Virus record (IMG/VR): IMGVR_UViG_3300037311_000130
Reading direction: 5' to 3' (one strand)
Length of the DNA stretch: 46,057 bases
Source: a virus
Numbering within the stretch: the stretch's first letter is position 1; each line of letters opens with the position of its first letter. This document shows, piece by piece, positions 17,821 through 26,718 of the stretch. The translations under genes and the position numbers were made by a program. The notes below the pieces were generated by a model. That model saw only the letters and a program-made list of their open reading frames with translations. It was not told the DNA's origin and did no database searches.

Positions 17821-19095
17821 CTACTTCGGACCGGGGCGGAAGCTCGGGTTGCGCTCCCGCGCGCCTTCGTCCCTGTTCTCGTCGGGGAAGCCGATCGGCG
17901 GCGGAGGGTTGCCAGCGCGGCGCGCAGCGCCCGCCTGGCGGCCCTGCTCGATGCGGCTGGCGGCGTCCGGCGTGTGCTGCAGCTGCGGTGCCTGCTGACC
18001 CTGCTGCATCTGCTGAGGACGCTGCATCCCCTGACCGCCGGCGGAAGGCGGCATGCCTCCCGTCGGGTCGCCGCCGGGCGCCATCCCCATGCCCATGTAG
18101 ACCGCCATCGCGGCCTGCTGGTTCAGGAAGGCCATCTTGTCTTCGATCGAGTTGATGCCGGCGAAGCGGCTGAACTCCGGGCCCATGGCCTTCGCCATGA
18201 GGTTCATCTGCTGCACCTGCTCGGTGAACTGGCGCATCATCGGCGCCGTCCAGTCGACCTTGAGGTTGCCCGTGTCGCCGGTGCGCGCGATGTACTTCAC
18301 GGCCTCGCGGCTGATCTGCGCGCGCGCGAACTGCTGAACGCGCGGCGTGAACTTGCGCGCCTGCAGGTCGGCCATCAGCGTCGGGTCGGCGTCGGGCCCG
18401 CCGGCGGCGGCGGCCTCGAGGTCCGTCCAGTCGCTGTCCTTCACGGCGCCCTCGCCCATCTCGGCGTTCAGCAGACGGTCGAACGACTCGACCGACTGGT
18501 TGACCGGCTGGGCCAGCGTCTTCGACAGCTTGGCGGCCGTCTCGCGCTCGCCCTTCAACGCAGCGCGCTGCACCTGCAGGCCGATCTGGTCGGCGTAGGA
18601 CTCGGCCTTGATGCGGTCGGTGTCGGCCTCGAAGTTCTTGCGCTGCGCGTCCTGCTTGCGCTCGTCGGTTGGCACCCACTTGCCGCCAGCGTCCTCGAGC
18701 GGCTTGGCCCCCTGCTGCTGCAGGCGCTGCTGCGACTCGGGGTCCAGCGCACCCACGCCGCCCTGCTGCGCGCCGCGCTCCATCTCCTCCTGCAGCCGTG
18801 CCGCGCGGTCGCCACCCTTCCGTTGGAAGCCGCTCTTCGCCGCGTCGAGGTCAGTCTCGTCCTCGCGCTGCTGCATCTGCCGGTTGAACTGGCCCTGCTG
18901 CTGCTGCCGGTCCTGGTGCTGCCCCATCAGGCCGCCGACGTCGGCCGCCATCCGGTTCGTCTGCTGCACCCCGAACTGCTGCTGCTGGTTCAGGCCAGCG
19001 CGCGCGTTGTCGACCGACTGCTGACCCTGCGCAGACGCGCGGACCATCTCGTCGGACTTGCCCTGGTTCAGCGTCGTCTTGCTGGTGCGTGCCAT
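17821..19095 (-). CDS. Internal virion protein-like (424 aa), Q-rich
   Basis: The ATG at 19095 overlaps the upstream TGA by 1 nt. Protein starts MARTSKTTLNQGKSDEM. The longer track ORF (to 19992) is an out-of-frame extension over the neighbouring gene. Confidence 0.8.
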   Translation of the reverse strand: MARTSKTTLNQGKSDEMVRASAQGQQSVDNARAGLNQQQQFGVQQTNRMAADVGGLMGQHQDRQQQQGQFNRQMQQREDETDLDAAKSGFQRKGGDRAARLQEEMERGAQQGGVGALDPESQQRLQQQGAKPLEDAGGKWVPTDERKQDAQRKNFEADTDRIKAESYADQIGLQVQRAALKGERETAAKLSKTLAQPVNQSVESFDRLLNAEMGEGAVKDSDWTDLEAAAAGGPDADPTLMADLQARKFTPRVQQFARAQISREAVKYIARTGDTGNLKVDWTAPMMRQFTEQVQQMNLMAKAMGPEFSRFAGINSIEDKMAFLNQQAAMAVYMGMGMAPGGDPTGGMPPSAGGQGMQRPQQMQQGQQAPQLQHTPDAASRIEQGRQAGAARRAGNPPPPIGFPDENRDEGARERNPSFRPGPK

Positions 19096-19916
19096 CAGAA
19101 GTACCCCGTGGAGCCGGCCGAGCCGCCGATCTGCGTCGCGCCGTAGCCGATGAGCGCGGCGTTGCCGGTCGCCAGACCGACGATGGTGGTGCCAATGCCC
19201 GTCCAGAACTGGCCTTGCGCCTGCTTCTTCGCGAGCCGTTCCTGGCGAGCCTGCAGCTGCATCGCGATCTCCTGCTGCTCCTTCTGGATGTAGAAGCTGT
19301 AGTCGGCAGCCTCGTACTCCTGGTTCGCGTAGAGGTCCGCGATCCCCTCGTAGTAGCCGGACATCATCGACGCCAGCGAGCCGCGGCCGCGACTCTGCAC
19401 CTGCGACATGCCCGCCTGCATCGAGGCAATGCCCTTCTGCTGCTGCTGCTCGTTCTTCCGCTGCGTCAGCGCCTGCGAGATGTAGTTCATCTGCGCGGCG
19501 GCTTCGCCCAGCGTCGTCCGGCCGCCCGAGGCGTCGGCGATCTGCTGCGGCGTGTACATGAAGTTGCCGCTCTCGTCGACGAGCCGCCCCTGTCCGATGG
19601 GCAGGCCGTATCGCTGCGCGAGCTGCCGCGCCATCGCGTCGAGCGACGTGGAGCCAGCACCGGCACCCGAGATGTCGCTCGGCGTCTGCTGCTCCAGCAT
19701 CGAGGCGCCGCTGCGCTGCGCCGTCTGAAACTGCTGGTTCCTGACGTTGTAGCCGATGTCGCCGGGCTTGCCTCCGCGCATGCCAGAACTGGCGTTCTGG
19801 ACGTTGTTGTAGAGGTTGTTCAGCGACGACATCTGCTGCTGCAGACCCGTCGGAGGAAGGCCCTGCGTCGGCTGCTGTACCGGCGCCGGCTGCTGTGGTG
19901 GAGGGATCGAGCTCAT
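19095..19916 (-). CDS. Internal virion protein-like (273 aa) with a C-terminal Gly-rich TM segment
   Basis: ATG at 19916 (ATGA overlap). Starts MSSIPPPQQPAPVQ and ends FWTGIGTTIVGLATGNAALIGYGATQIGGSAGSTGYF*. Confidence 0.8.
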   Translation of the reverse strand: MSSIPPPQQPAPVQQPTQGLPPTGLQQQMSSLNNLYNNVQNASSGMRGGKPGDIGYNVRNQQFQTAQRSGASMLEQQTPSDISGAGAGSTSLDAMARQLAQRYGLPIGQGRLVDESGNFMYTPQQIADASGGRTTLGEAAAQMNYISQALTQRKNEQQQQKGIASMQAGMSQVQSRGRGSLASMMSGYYEGIADLYANQEYEAADYSFYIQKEQQEIAMQLQARQERLAKKQAQGQFWTGIGTTIVGLATGNAALIGYGATQIGGSAGSTGYF

Positions 19917-20113
19917 TCGAGTGCTGTGACGCGCGCCTCGAGCGCGGTGATGCGGGACTGTAGCTCCTGCAGGTCCGCGCACACAGCCTCACGCAGACGG
20001 CTGAGGTAGTCCTCGAGGAACTGCTCGTTGATCTGGTTCGCGGACGCGCCCTGCTCGCCGATCGGCTGCGGCGTGGCTTGGTAGCGGAACGGCTCGAGGT
20101 CGCAGGTTCTCAC
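19913..20113 (-). CDS. Hypothetical coiled-coil protein (66 aa)
   Basis: The GTG start lies directly after the upstream TAG. The C-terminus is LQELQSRITALEARVTALE. Confidence 0.6.
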   Translation of the reverse strand: MRTCDLEPFRYQATPQPIGEQGASANQINEQFLEDYLSRLREAVCADLQELQSRITALEARVTALE

Positions 20114-20341
20114 CTACCCATTCTTCACGATCTGCAGCAGCTGCCGCAATAGCTGCAGCCTCCTCGCCTCGGTTGTTCTCGGGTCGCGGATCTCCGCTAG
20201 GCCGGAGATCAGCGCCGGATCGGTCAACGGCGGCGGAGTCGAAGACCGCAGGAACTGCTCCGCGAGCGCGCGCACGTCCGGCGGCAGCTGCCACTTGAGC
20301 CAGTCCCACAGCACCGAAGCCTGGATCTGTCGTGAGACCAT
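20114..20341 (-). CDS. Hypothetical protein (75 aa)
   Basis: The ATG at 20341 overlaps the upstream TGA by 1 nt. Protein starts MVSRQIQASVLWDWLKWQLPPDV. Confidence 0.65.
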   Translation of the reverse strand: MVSRQIQASVLWDWLKWQLPPDVRALAEQFLRSSTPPPLTDPALISGLAEIRDPRTTEARRLQLLRQLLQIVKNG

Positions 20342-20760
20342 CAGAGGATCTCCCACTCGAGCGTGAGGCGGATGATGACCGTGTTCTTCTCGGGACCGTC
20401 GGCTTGGACGTGGTAGGTGTCGCCGGCTTGGAAGAGAGCTTCGACGCTCGGCGACCCTGCGCTCTTCGTGAACACGCTGGTCAGCGTGAAGCTGAACGTG
20501 GCGACGTCGACGCCACCCTCGTTCTGCCGCACGCGCAGCGTCCAGTTGCCGGGGACGGTGTCGACGAAGCACAGCGCGTGCGTCGCGCATCCGACCAGGC
20601 GAGCCGCCTTCGGGAAGCAGACGTTCGCCGACGCGGCGCCGACGACGAAGTTGTCGGTCTGGAAGCCGACCGAGGTGGCAGTCGCGTTGCTGTCGAACAC
20701 GAAGTAGAGGTGGTGGACATACCTCGTGTCGCTGCGCTCGATGCGGCCCAGTTCACTCAC
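20341..20760 (-). CDS. Hypothetical beta-rich virion-associated protein (139 aa)
   Basis: The GTG at 20760 overlaps the fibre gene stop (GTGA). The composition is beta-strand-like. Confidence 0.7.
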   Translation of the reverse strand: MSELGRIERSDTRYVHHLYFVFDSNATATSVGFQTDNFVVGAASANVCFPKAARLVGCATHALCFVDTVPGNWTLRVRQNEGGVDVATFSFTLTSVFTKSAGSPSVEALFQAGDTYHVQADGPEKNTVIIRLTLEWEIL

Positions 20761-22013
20761 GACAGGCGCTCCACTCGGCCGGTGACGTTGATGACGTTCG
20801 CCGTGCTGGCGTAGGCGCGGACGGTGTCGGTCGCAGCGCCACCGATGACCGACCCGTCGACGGCGCGGACGGTGGCGTTCGCCGGCACGGTCACGTCGAT
20901 CTCGTTGCCGACGCCGGTGGTGCCGAACTCGATCGTCACGACGACGGCACTGCTGCTCGTGTTCGTGATGTCGAGGTAGAGCTTGTCGATCTGGCCTGCC
21001 GTCGTCGTTGCCGTGTGCAGCGTGACCGCTGTGCCGCTGGTCGTGCCGGTGAGCTGGATGGGGCGGCCACGAGTGCTGCCCGACAGTGCGATCGTGGTCA
21101 TGCCTGCGAGCCTGGTCCAGAGAGCGCCGACGGAGTCGACCGAGAACGTGGCGTAGTCGCCGTTGGCGGTCGTGCTGCTGATGAGCGTGTCGCGCCGGAC
21201 CGCCAGCACCTGCACGCCGGTGTCGCCGTTGGCGTGGACAGCGTCCTCGGCCTTGCCCAAGTTCGTGGCGCCGGTGCCAGGGATGATCGACGTGACCGCC
21301 ACCGATCCGGTGCCGACGTTGACGTGCAAGCGTCCGCTGCCGTCGACGATGAACGGGATGTAGTCGTTGTTCGCCGCAAGCGCAGTTGCCGTGTCCTGGC
21401 GCACCGCCAGCGCGAAGACACCGGTGTCACCGGTGGTGTGCGGCGCATCCTCAGCCTTGCCCAAGTTCGTGGCGCCGGTGCCGGGGATGACGGCGTTCAC
21501 CCGATCGACGTTGTCGACGGTCGAGACGTTGTCGATGACCTGACCGTCCCACGTCACCCACAGCCGTCCGGCGGCGTTGACGATGAGCGGCGCGTAGTCG
21601 CCGTCGTTCGTCATCACGAGAGCGCCTGCATCGTCTCGAATCGCGAGCGCCGCGACACCAACGTCGCCGGCCGGTGTCGATGCTTGGTCGATCGCCTTGC
21701 CCAAGTTTGCCGCAGCGGTGCCTGGCGTCAGCGAAAGCGTGCTGAGGATGATGACGCTGCTGCCGGTGACGTCGACGATGTTCTGCACGTTGACGTCGAC
21801 CGGCTGACCGATCGTCACCGTGCCGCCGATGCTGACCGTTCCGCTGACCGGAACGGTGGTCGTCACCGGGTTCCCGCCGACGCTGGCGATGTTCACGTCG
21901 CCGCCACCGCCGCCACCGCCGTCCGTGCTGACCAGGAGGCGGCCGTTGACGACGCGCGCGCTGCGGGAGTCACCGGGACGATCGGTGACCCAGACTTGCC
22001 CGCCGCCAGCCAC
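20757..22013 (-). CDS. Tail fibre / receptor-binding-like protein (418 aa) with three tandem internal repeats
   Basis: The GTG overlaps the upstream TAG by 1 nt. It has a Gly7 run and three copies of PGTGATNLGKAEDAxH..GDTGV..LAVR..(N)GDY...V...G.L. It sits directly after the nozzle-like gene. Confidence 0.75.
   Translation of the reverse strand: MAGGGQVWVTDRPGDSRSARVVNGRLLVSTDGGGGGGGDVNIASVGGNPVTTTVPVSGTVSIGGTVTIGQPVDVNVQNIVDVTGSSVIILSTLSLTPGTAAANLGKAIDQASTPAGDVGVAALAIRDDAGALVMTNDGDYAPLIVNAAGRLWVTWDGQVIDNVSTVDNVDRVNAVIPGTGATNLGKAEDAPHTTGDTGVFALAVRQDTATALAANNDYIPFIVDGSGRLHVNVGTGSVAVTSIIPGTGATNLGKAEDAVHANGDTGVQVLAVRRDTLISSTTANGDYATFSVDSVGALWTRLAGMTTIALSGSTRGRPIQLTGTTSGTAVTLHTATTTAGQIDKLYLDITNTSSSAVVVTIEFGTTGVGNEIDVTVPANATVRAVDGSVIGGAATDTVRAYASTANVINVTGRVERLS
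21108..21728 (-). repeat. Three in-frame tandem coding repeats (periods 240 and 204 nt) inside the fibre gene
   Basis: The DNA motif ccttgcccaagtt(c/t)g..gc(c/a)g(c)ggtgcc recurs at 21251, 21455 and 21695. The protein repeats cover aa 96-153, 176-233 and 244-302. Confidence 0.85.
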
Positions 22014-25000
22014 TACTTGCTTCCTCGCGGCTCTTCGCAGAGGACGTGGTTGATGACGCGGATCGGCTCTTCGGGAGCGAGGTTGCGCATGCGCACGGCC
22101 ATGTGGTTGTGAATCTGGCGGCCGACCGGCTTGATCTGTCGGCCCTTGGAGTAGTCCATGCGGAAAACGCGGCCCTCGCCCGTCTCGCCGGTGACCGGGT
22201 CGACGACCGTATCCGCCTCCGGGTCGACCATCGAGAAGTCAGGCAGCAGATCGACGCGCAACTGCGACGCGAACGACTCCACTTCGTGGACGACGATCTG
22301 CCGCCACGACCGCTTCTGCGTGTCGTCGATGCCGTAGTTCTGCGGCTTGAAGATCGCGTCCATGCCGATCGCGCCGAGCATGAACTCCCATTCGAACTGG
22401 CCGGTGGAGTCGAAGGGCGTGTCGGGGCCCCACTCGGGCGTGACGTAGAGCCTGGTCGTCGTCGCCGCGTAGACCGTGCGCGCCGTCCAGGGATCGTCGT
22501 AGGCGGCGTCCTTGCGCCGCGTCAGCACCACAGCGCCAGCGAGGCCCATGTTGGTGTTGTCGAACGATGGCGACAGGCCGGCGATGCCCGACAAGCCGGC
22601 GATCTCGGGCACGCCACCCTCGATGAACGAGGCCGTGTCGCAGTCGAGGTAGCTGGCGCCGGTGAGCTCCTCGATGCCAGCGCCGGTGACGTCGCCGCGC
22701 ACCGTGCCCGTCGCGTTGGGCACCCCGACTCCGTCGGTGTCGCCGACGTCGTAGATCCAGACGAAGCCGTTGGCATCGCCGATGTAGACGCGCTCGTTGC
22801 CTTGCGCGTCCTTGGCGACCACCATCGACAGGAACTCCTGGTAGAAGCGCAGAAGCGTGATGTTCCTGAGCTTCGTGTCCCACACGAGCATCAGGTTGCA
22901 CCCGCGCGTCGTCTGCACCGTAGGCAGCAGAAGCAGGTACTGCTCGCGCTTCGGGTAGAAGACGCCGACCGCCTCGATGACGCGGCCGTTGCGGTCACGG
23001 CGAACGTAGTCGGGGTCGTCGGGGTCGACGAAGAGCCGGTTCATCATCACCGACTCAGGGACGTGTTGAACGCTGCGGCCATCGAAGATGGCGAGGCCAC
23101 GCTCGGCCAGCCACACCGTGCCGCTCTCCACCTGCGCGAACGTGCGCGGCCCGATGCAGCCGATGTCGCTGCTGATGCGCGACGGCACGTAGACCTCGAT
23201 GCCTGGGTTCTCGCGGAAGGTGAGCACATAGCTCTTCTTCCTCTTGCAGATCACCAGCCGGTCGTAGTTCGACGCCGCGCCCATCAGGCGGTCGCCGTCG
23301 CCAGGCTCGATGTCGAGGAAGTTCGCCGCCGGCCAGTACTCCGGCTCGAGCGGCTCGGAGAAGTAGAGGCGGTTCGGACGGCCGGTCAGGACGTAGGTGA
23401 GGCCCGTGTCGGTCGTGCCGTCGTAGGGCGCCGTCAGCTGCAGGCGCGAGATCGCCGGCGACGTGCCAGCGTCCGGCGGCAGAACGCGCAGGATCTCGTA
23501 GATGCGGCAGTCGGCGCCGACGCGGATGAACTTTCCCTCGAGGCAGCGGTCCCACACGACGTCGCCGTCGCCGTAGACGATGTCCTCGCCGTTGACGACG
23601 CTGACCGTGCCGGCCGGAGCGAGGTTCGGGATGTCGCCCATCCCGAAGAGACGGTTGCGGAAGTCGACGACGATCGGGACGCACGGCATCGGCGCGTTCA
23701 GGATCGACAGCGGCTGCGTCGTGAAGTCGAGCGCGTCGTCGCTGACCATGTCGACGAAGCTGCTCGTGTCGTCGGGGTTGAAGCAGCCGACCTTCGCCAT
23801 GATCGGGAAGTCGCCACCCTCGACTGTGCGGTAGACGCAGATCTCGCAGATCTGCGCGTCAGCGGGGATGCGCACGCCGGCAAACGAGAGCGTCACCATC
23901 GCGGCCGGCGACCGGCCAGTAGTGTCCACATCGATGTCCTCGGGGTTTGGATCGCTCTCCTTCCCCGTGCAGCAGTTGCGGAACGTGTAGCGGTAGCGGT
24001 AGAGGCCGAGCCCAAGGCCGCCGGAGGGAGAGGCGGCCATGTCCGCGGTGACGGTGCTGACCACTTCGCCGGCGAACGGGGTCGGGATGCCGCAGTCTTC
24101 GATCTCTGCCGTCGTGCCCGCGGCGCTCGGGTTGAACTTCTTCGGGATCGACGCGCCGTTGGTGATGACGAGCACGCCAGGCTCGCCAAGACCGGCCGAC
24201 GTCGACGCGCACCCTTCGGGATTGAAGGCCCCGACGTCGAAGACCGGGCCGTTCGGCGCGACCTCCTCGTTCGGGACGTTGATGACGTAGGCGAGCGAAG
24301 CGACGCCAGGGTAGTCGAAGGTGGCTGCACCTCCGGTGGTCCACAGCGTGCCGCCGTATCGCGTGGTCAGCTTGCGCTGGCCGGCGACGTTCAACGGGTT
24401 GTTGCTCGCGATGTCCGAGTTGATGAGCTTGAAGCCGGTGGTGGCGTTCGGCGTCGAACTCAGCTCAGGGTCGACGAGCACGTTGAACAAGCTCGTCGAG
24501 ACGTCGTCCTCGAGGCGAGCGTTGGCCGAGATGATCTGCTCGCTCTGGTTGCTCGCGCTGAGGTGCAGCAGGCCGATCTGCACGTACTGCTCGAGGAACC
24601 GCTCGGTCTCGAAGTCTTCGAACCACAGCGGGTCGAAGAGACCGCTCGCCGTGTCGAATCGAGGCGTCGTGGTCGGCGCTCCACCGGGGATGATGCTCGG
24701 CGTCGACGCCAACATGCCCGTCGGGAAGAACGCGGTCATCACGTTGAAGTCGGTCAACGTGATCTCGTAGCAGCCGTACGGCCATCCGCGCGTGCCGGCG
24801 TCGGCTCGAGTCCTCGGCGAGATGATGTCGCCGTCGGTGAGCAGCGACATGAACTCCCGCGTGCGCGCGATGTAGCGGTTCGTCAGGCCCGTCGTCGCGG
24901 TGAAGGTGTCCTCGAAGAGCTGCGTTGTCGTGTTGCTCTGGTTCGCGATCCTGTTCAGCTGGACCAGGAAGGTGCCGCTGTTCGTTCCAGCAGTGGGGAA

Positions 25001-25834
25001 CTGCCGGAAGATCATGCGCATCTCCATGGTCCCCGACCATTCGGAGGCGTTGTAGAAGAATGGGCATGCCCGGCTGCCGTAGCTGGAGCTAATCGACACT
25101 GCCGTCATCGACGGAGCCGCCGTGCATGGCAGGTAGATGCGCGTCCTGTTCGTGGCGCTCGGCGCCTGCACGACGGCGAAGCCGCACGCGACGATCTGCG
25201 GCGCTCGGTCAGCGGTCGTGCCGCTCGTCGTCCACGGCGTTCCGTCGTTGCGCTGGATGCCAAGCGCGTAGGCGATGTGGCGGTCGTTGTTGTTCAGCGC
25301 CGCGATCGAGTCCCAATCGGAGAAGAACGCGGCGTCAGCGGCTTCGAAGCGATCGAACTCCTGGTAGACGACCTGCGATCCTTGGCTCGTCGCCGAGTTG
25401 AAGCGGACCGTGTCGATCTCGTTCTGGTTCTCGGGATTGGCGTCGTAGAGCGCAGCCTCTGCCGTTGGAGCGATCACCGTCCAGAGGCTGCCAGCGCCCT
25501 GCGGCGACGTGCGCGAGATCGTGTTGGTGCCGACGATCGCCGAAGTCGCCGACCTGGTCGTGGCACTGGTCGAGCTGGGCGCCACACGAAGGCGCACGCG
25601 ACGCGACGCCGCGGTGCCGGTGTAGCCGTGGCGGAAGACCGCCCAGAAGACCACCTTGCGAACCTCGCTGTAGCAGCTGGGCGCGATGTAAAGGCGGCTG
25701 TTCTCGTTCAAGTCGACAGCGATGCTGCCGGCGGCGCCGGCGATGACCGACTGGTTGTTGGCGCCGAACGCCGTGTTGGACACGTCGTACGGCGTCGACG
25801 AGTGCATGAACGCGGACGCGAACCTGCGTGCCAT
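22013..25834 (-). CDS. Large tail protein (1273 aa), nozzle / tail-tubular-B-like with a long N-terminal extension
   Basis: The ATG at 25834 overlaps the upstream TGA by 1 nt (MARRFASAFMHSSTPYDV). The upstream 142 codons of the track ORF are Arg-rich junk. The C-terminal half has propeller-like repeats. The call rests on size and synteny. Confidence 0.7.
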   Translation of the reverse strand: MARRFASAFMHSSTPYDVSNTAFGANNQSVIAGAAGSIAVDLNENSRLYIAPSCYSEVRKVVFWAVFRHGYTGTAASRRVRLRVAPSSTSATTRSATSAIVGTNTISRTSPQGAGSLWTVIAPTAEAALYDANPENQNEIDTVRFNSATSQGSQVVYQEFDRFEAADAAFFSDWDSIAALNNNDRHIAYALGIQRNDGTPWTTSGTTADRAPQIVACGFAVVQAPSATNRTRIYLPCTAAPSMTAVSISSSYGSRACPFFYNASEWSGTMEMRMIFRQFPTAGTNSGTFLVQLNRIANQSNTTTQLFEDTFTATTGLTNRYIARTREFMSLLTDGDIISPRTRADAGTRGWPYGCYEITLTDFNVMTAFFPTGMLASTPSIIPGGAPTTTPRFDTASGLFDPLWFEDFETERFLEQYVQIGLLHLSASNQSEQIISANARLEDDVSTSLFNVLVDPELSSTPNATTGFKLINSDIASNNPLNVAGQRKLTTRYGGTLWTTGGAATFDYPGVASLAYVINVPNEEVAPNGPVFDVGAFNPEGCASTSAGLGEPGVLVITNGASIPKKFNPSAAGTTAEIEDCGIPTPFAGEVVSTVTADMAASPSGGLGLGLYRYRYTFRNCCTGKESDPNPEDIDVDTTGRSPAAMVTLSFAGVRIPADAQICEICVYRTVEGGDFPIMAKVGCFNPDDTSSFVDMVSDDALDFTTQPLSILNAPMPCVPIVVDFRNRLFGMGDIPNLAPAGTVSVVNGEDIVYGDGDVVWDRCLEGKFIRVGADCRIYEILRVLPPDAGTSPAISRLQLTAPYDGTTDTGLTYVLTGRPNRLYFSEPLEPEYWPAANFLDIEPGDGDRLMGAASNYDRLVICKRKKSYVLTFRENPGIEVYVPSRISSDIGCIGPRTFAQVESGTVWLAERGLAIFDGRSVQHVPESVMMNRLFVDPDDPDYVRRDRNGRVIEAVGVFYPKREQYLLLLPTVQTTRGCNLMLVWDTKLRNITLLRFYQEFLSMVVAKDAQGNERVYIGDANGFVWIYDVGDTDGVGVPNATGTVRGDVTGAGIEELTGASYLDCDTASFIEGGVPEIAGLSGIAGLSPSFDNTNMGLAGAVVLTRRKDAAYDDPWTARTVYAATTTRLYVTPEWGPDTPFDSTGQFEWEFMLGAIGMDAIFKPQNYGIDDTQKRSWRQIVVHEVESFASQLRVDLLPDFSMVDPEADTVVDPVTGETGEGRVFRMDYSKGRQIKPVGRQIHNHMAVRMRNLAPEEPIRVINHVLCEEPRGSK

Positions 25835-26718
25835 CAGATCGACCCTCCGATCACGGTCCCGATCTGCACCTGCGACTCGTCGGCTCGGGAGATGCCGATG
25901 GCGCTGTTCTGGCCGAGCGATGCATCCTGCAGCTCGGTGATCGTGCCGCTGATCGAAGCCTGCGAGCCCCCGGAGGGGATGGCCCTGGCGGTGGCGGTAC
26001 GGGTCTCGGCGTTGTAGGAGAGCCGCAGGAACCCGTTGGCGAGAGCCGCGCCGCTCAGGTCGGCCGAGGCCAACGTCGTGCGCGAGACGCCGACCAGCTC
26101 GAGCGTCATGCGGTAGGTGGTGCCGCTGAGGAACACGTTGGCCTGCAGCCAGCTCGAGCCGCGCTTGATCGCCACCGACGTCACCTGCAGGGCCCCGCCA
26201 ACGACGAACAGGTACTCGATCTCGACCTGGTAGCTGGTGAGTACCGACGGCTTGAACCACTGCATCAGCCGAGTCGACTCGACGTACTCGAGCGAGGACA
26301 CGATCGACAGCAGGTTCAGCTGCAGGTCGCCGAGGAAGCTCTCGTAGTCCGTCGTCGGCGACCAGCGCGTCGTGTCGAGCGTCTCGAAGTCGTCGTTCGG
26401 CAGCGAGTCGCTGCCGAGGTAGCTCGGGATGTCGAACGGCGTGCGCGGCTTGATCCCCTCGTTGTCGGCGACGACGACGTACTCGATGCCGAACTCGTCC
26501 GTGTAGCGGAACAGGCCGCAGACGACGGTGCCAAACCGCTCGTCGAGACCGCGCACGAAGCCCTTCCGCTTCTCGAGGATGTCGGCCTCGTTGATGATGA
26601 CGCCGAAGCTACCTTCCTCGAGCTGCCCCTGGCCTGGGTCCAGCTTGCCGCCTCGGGTGTTGAGGCCCGGCCATGGCTGGCCTTGCGGCCGCAACGGGAA
26701 CTCTGCCCAGCGCGTCAC
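25834..26718 (-). CDS. Virion structural protein (294 aa), tail-tubular-A/adaptor-region protein by position
   Basis: The GTG at 26718 overlaps the upstream TGA (GTGA). Protein starts MTRWAEFPLRPQGQPWPGLNTRGGKLDPGQG. Confidence 0.65.
   Translation of the reverse strand: MTRWAEFPLRPQGQPWPGLNTRGGKLDPGQGQLEEGSFGVIINEADILEKRKGFVRGLDERFGTVVCGLFRYTDEFGIEYVVVADNEGIKPRTPFDIPSYLGSDSLPNDDFETLDTTRWSPTTDYESFLGDLQLNLLSIVSSLEYVESTRLMQWFKPSVLTSYQVEIEYLFVVGGALQVTSVAIKRGSSWLQANVFLSGTTYRMTLELVGVSRTTLASADLSGAALANGFLRLSYNAETRTATARAIPSGGSQASISGTITELQDASLGQNSAIGISRADESQVQIGTVIGGSI

Noticed and set aside
12058-18679. ORFs 12058..15621(+), 15706..17058(+), 16163..18679(-) and 17656..19146(+) overlapping the 1943-aa gene.
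   Set aside because: These are shadow frames of one continuous, well-behaved ORF (11980..17811). They are Arg/Leu/Ala-rich with no start context.
20757-22013. Diversity-generating retroelement (template/variable repeat pair) suggested by repeated DNA in the fibre gene.
   Set aside because: No reverse transcriptase gene is present in the window. The repeats are in-frame tandem domain copies, not a VR/TR pair with adenine-specific differences.
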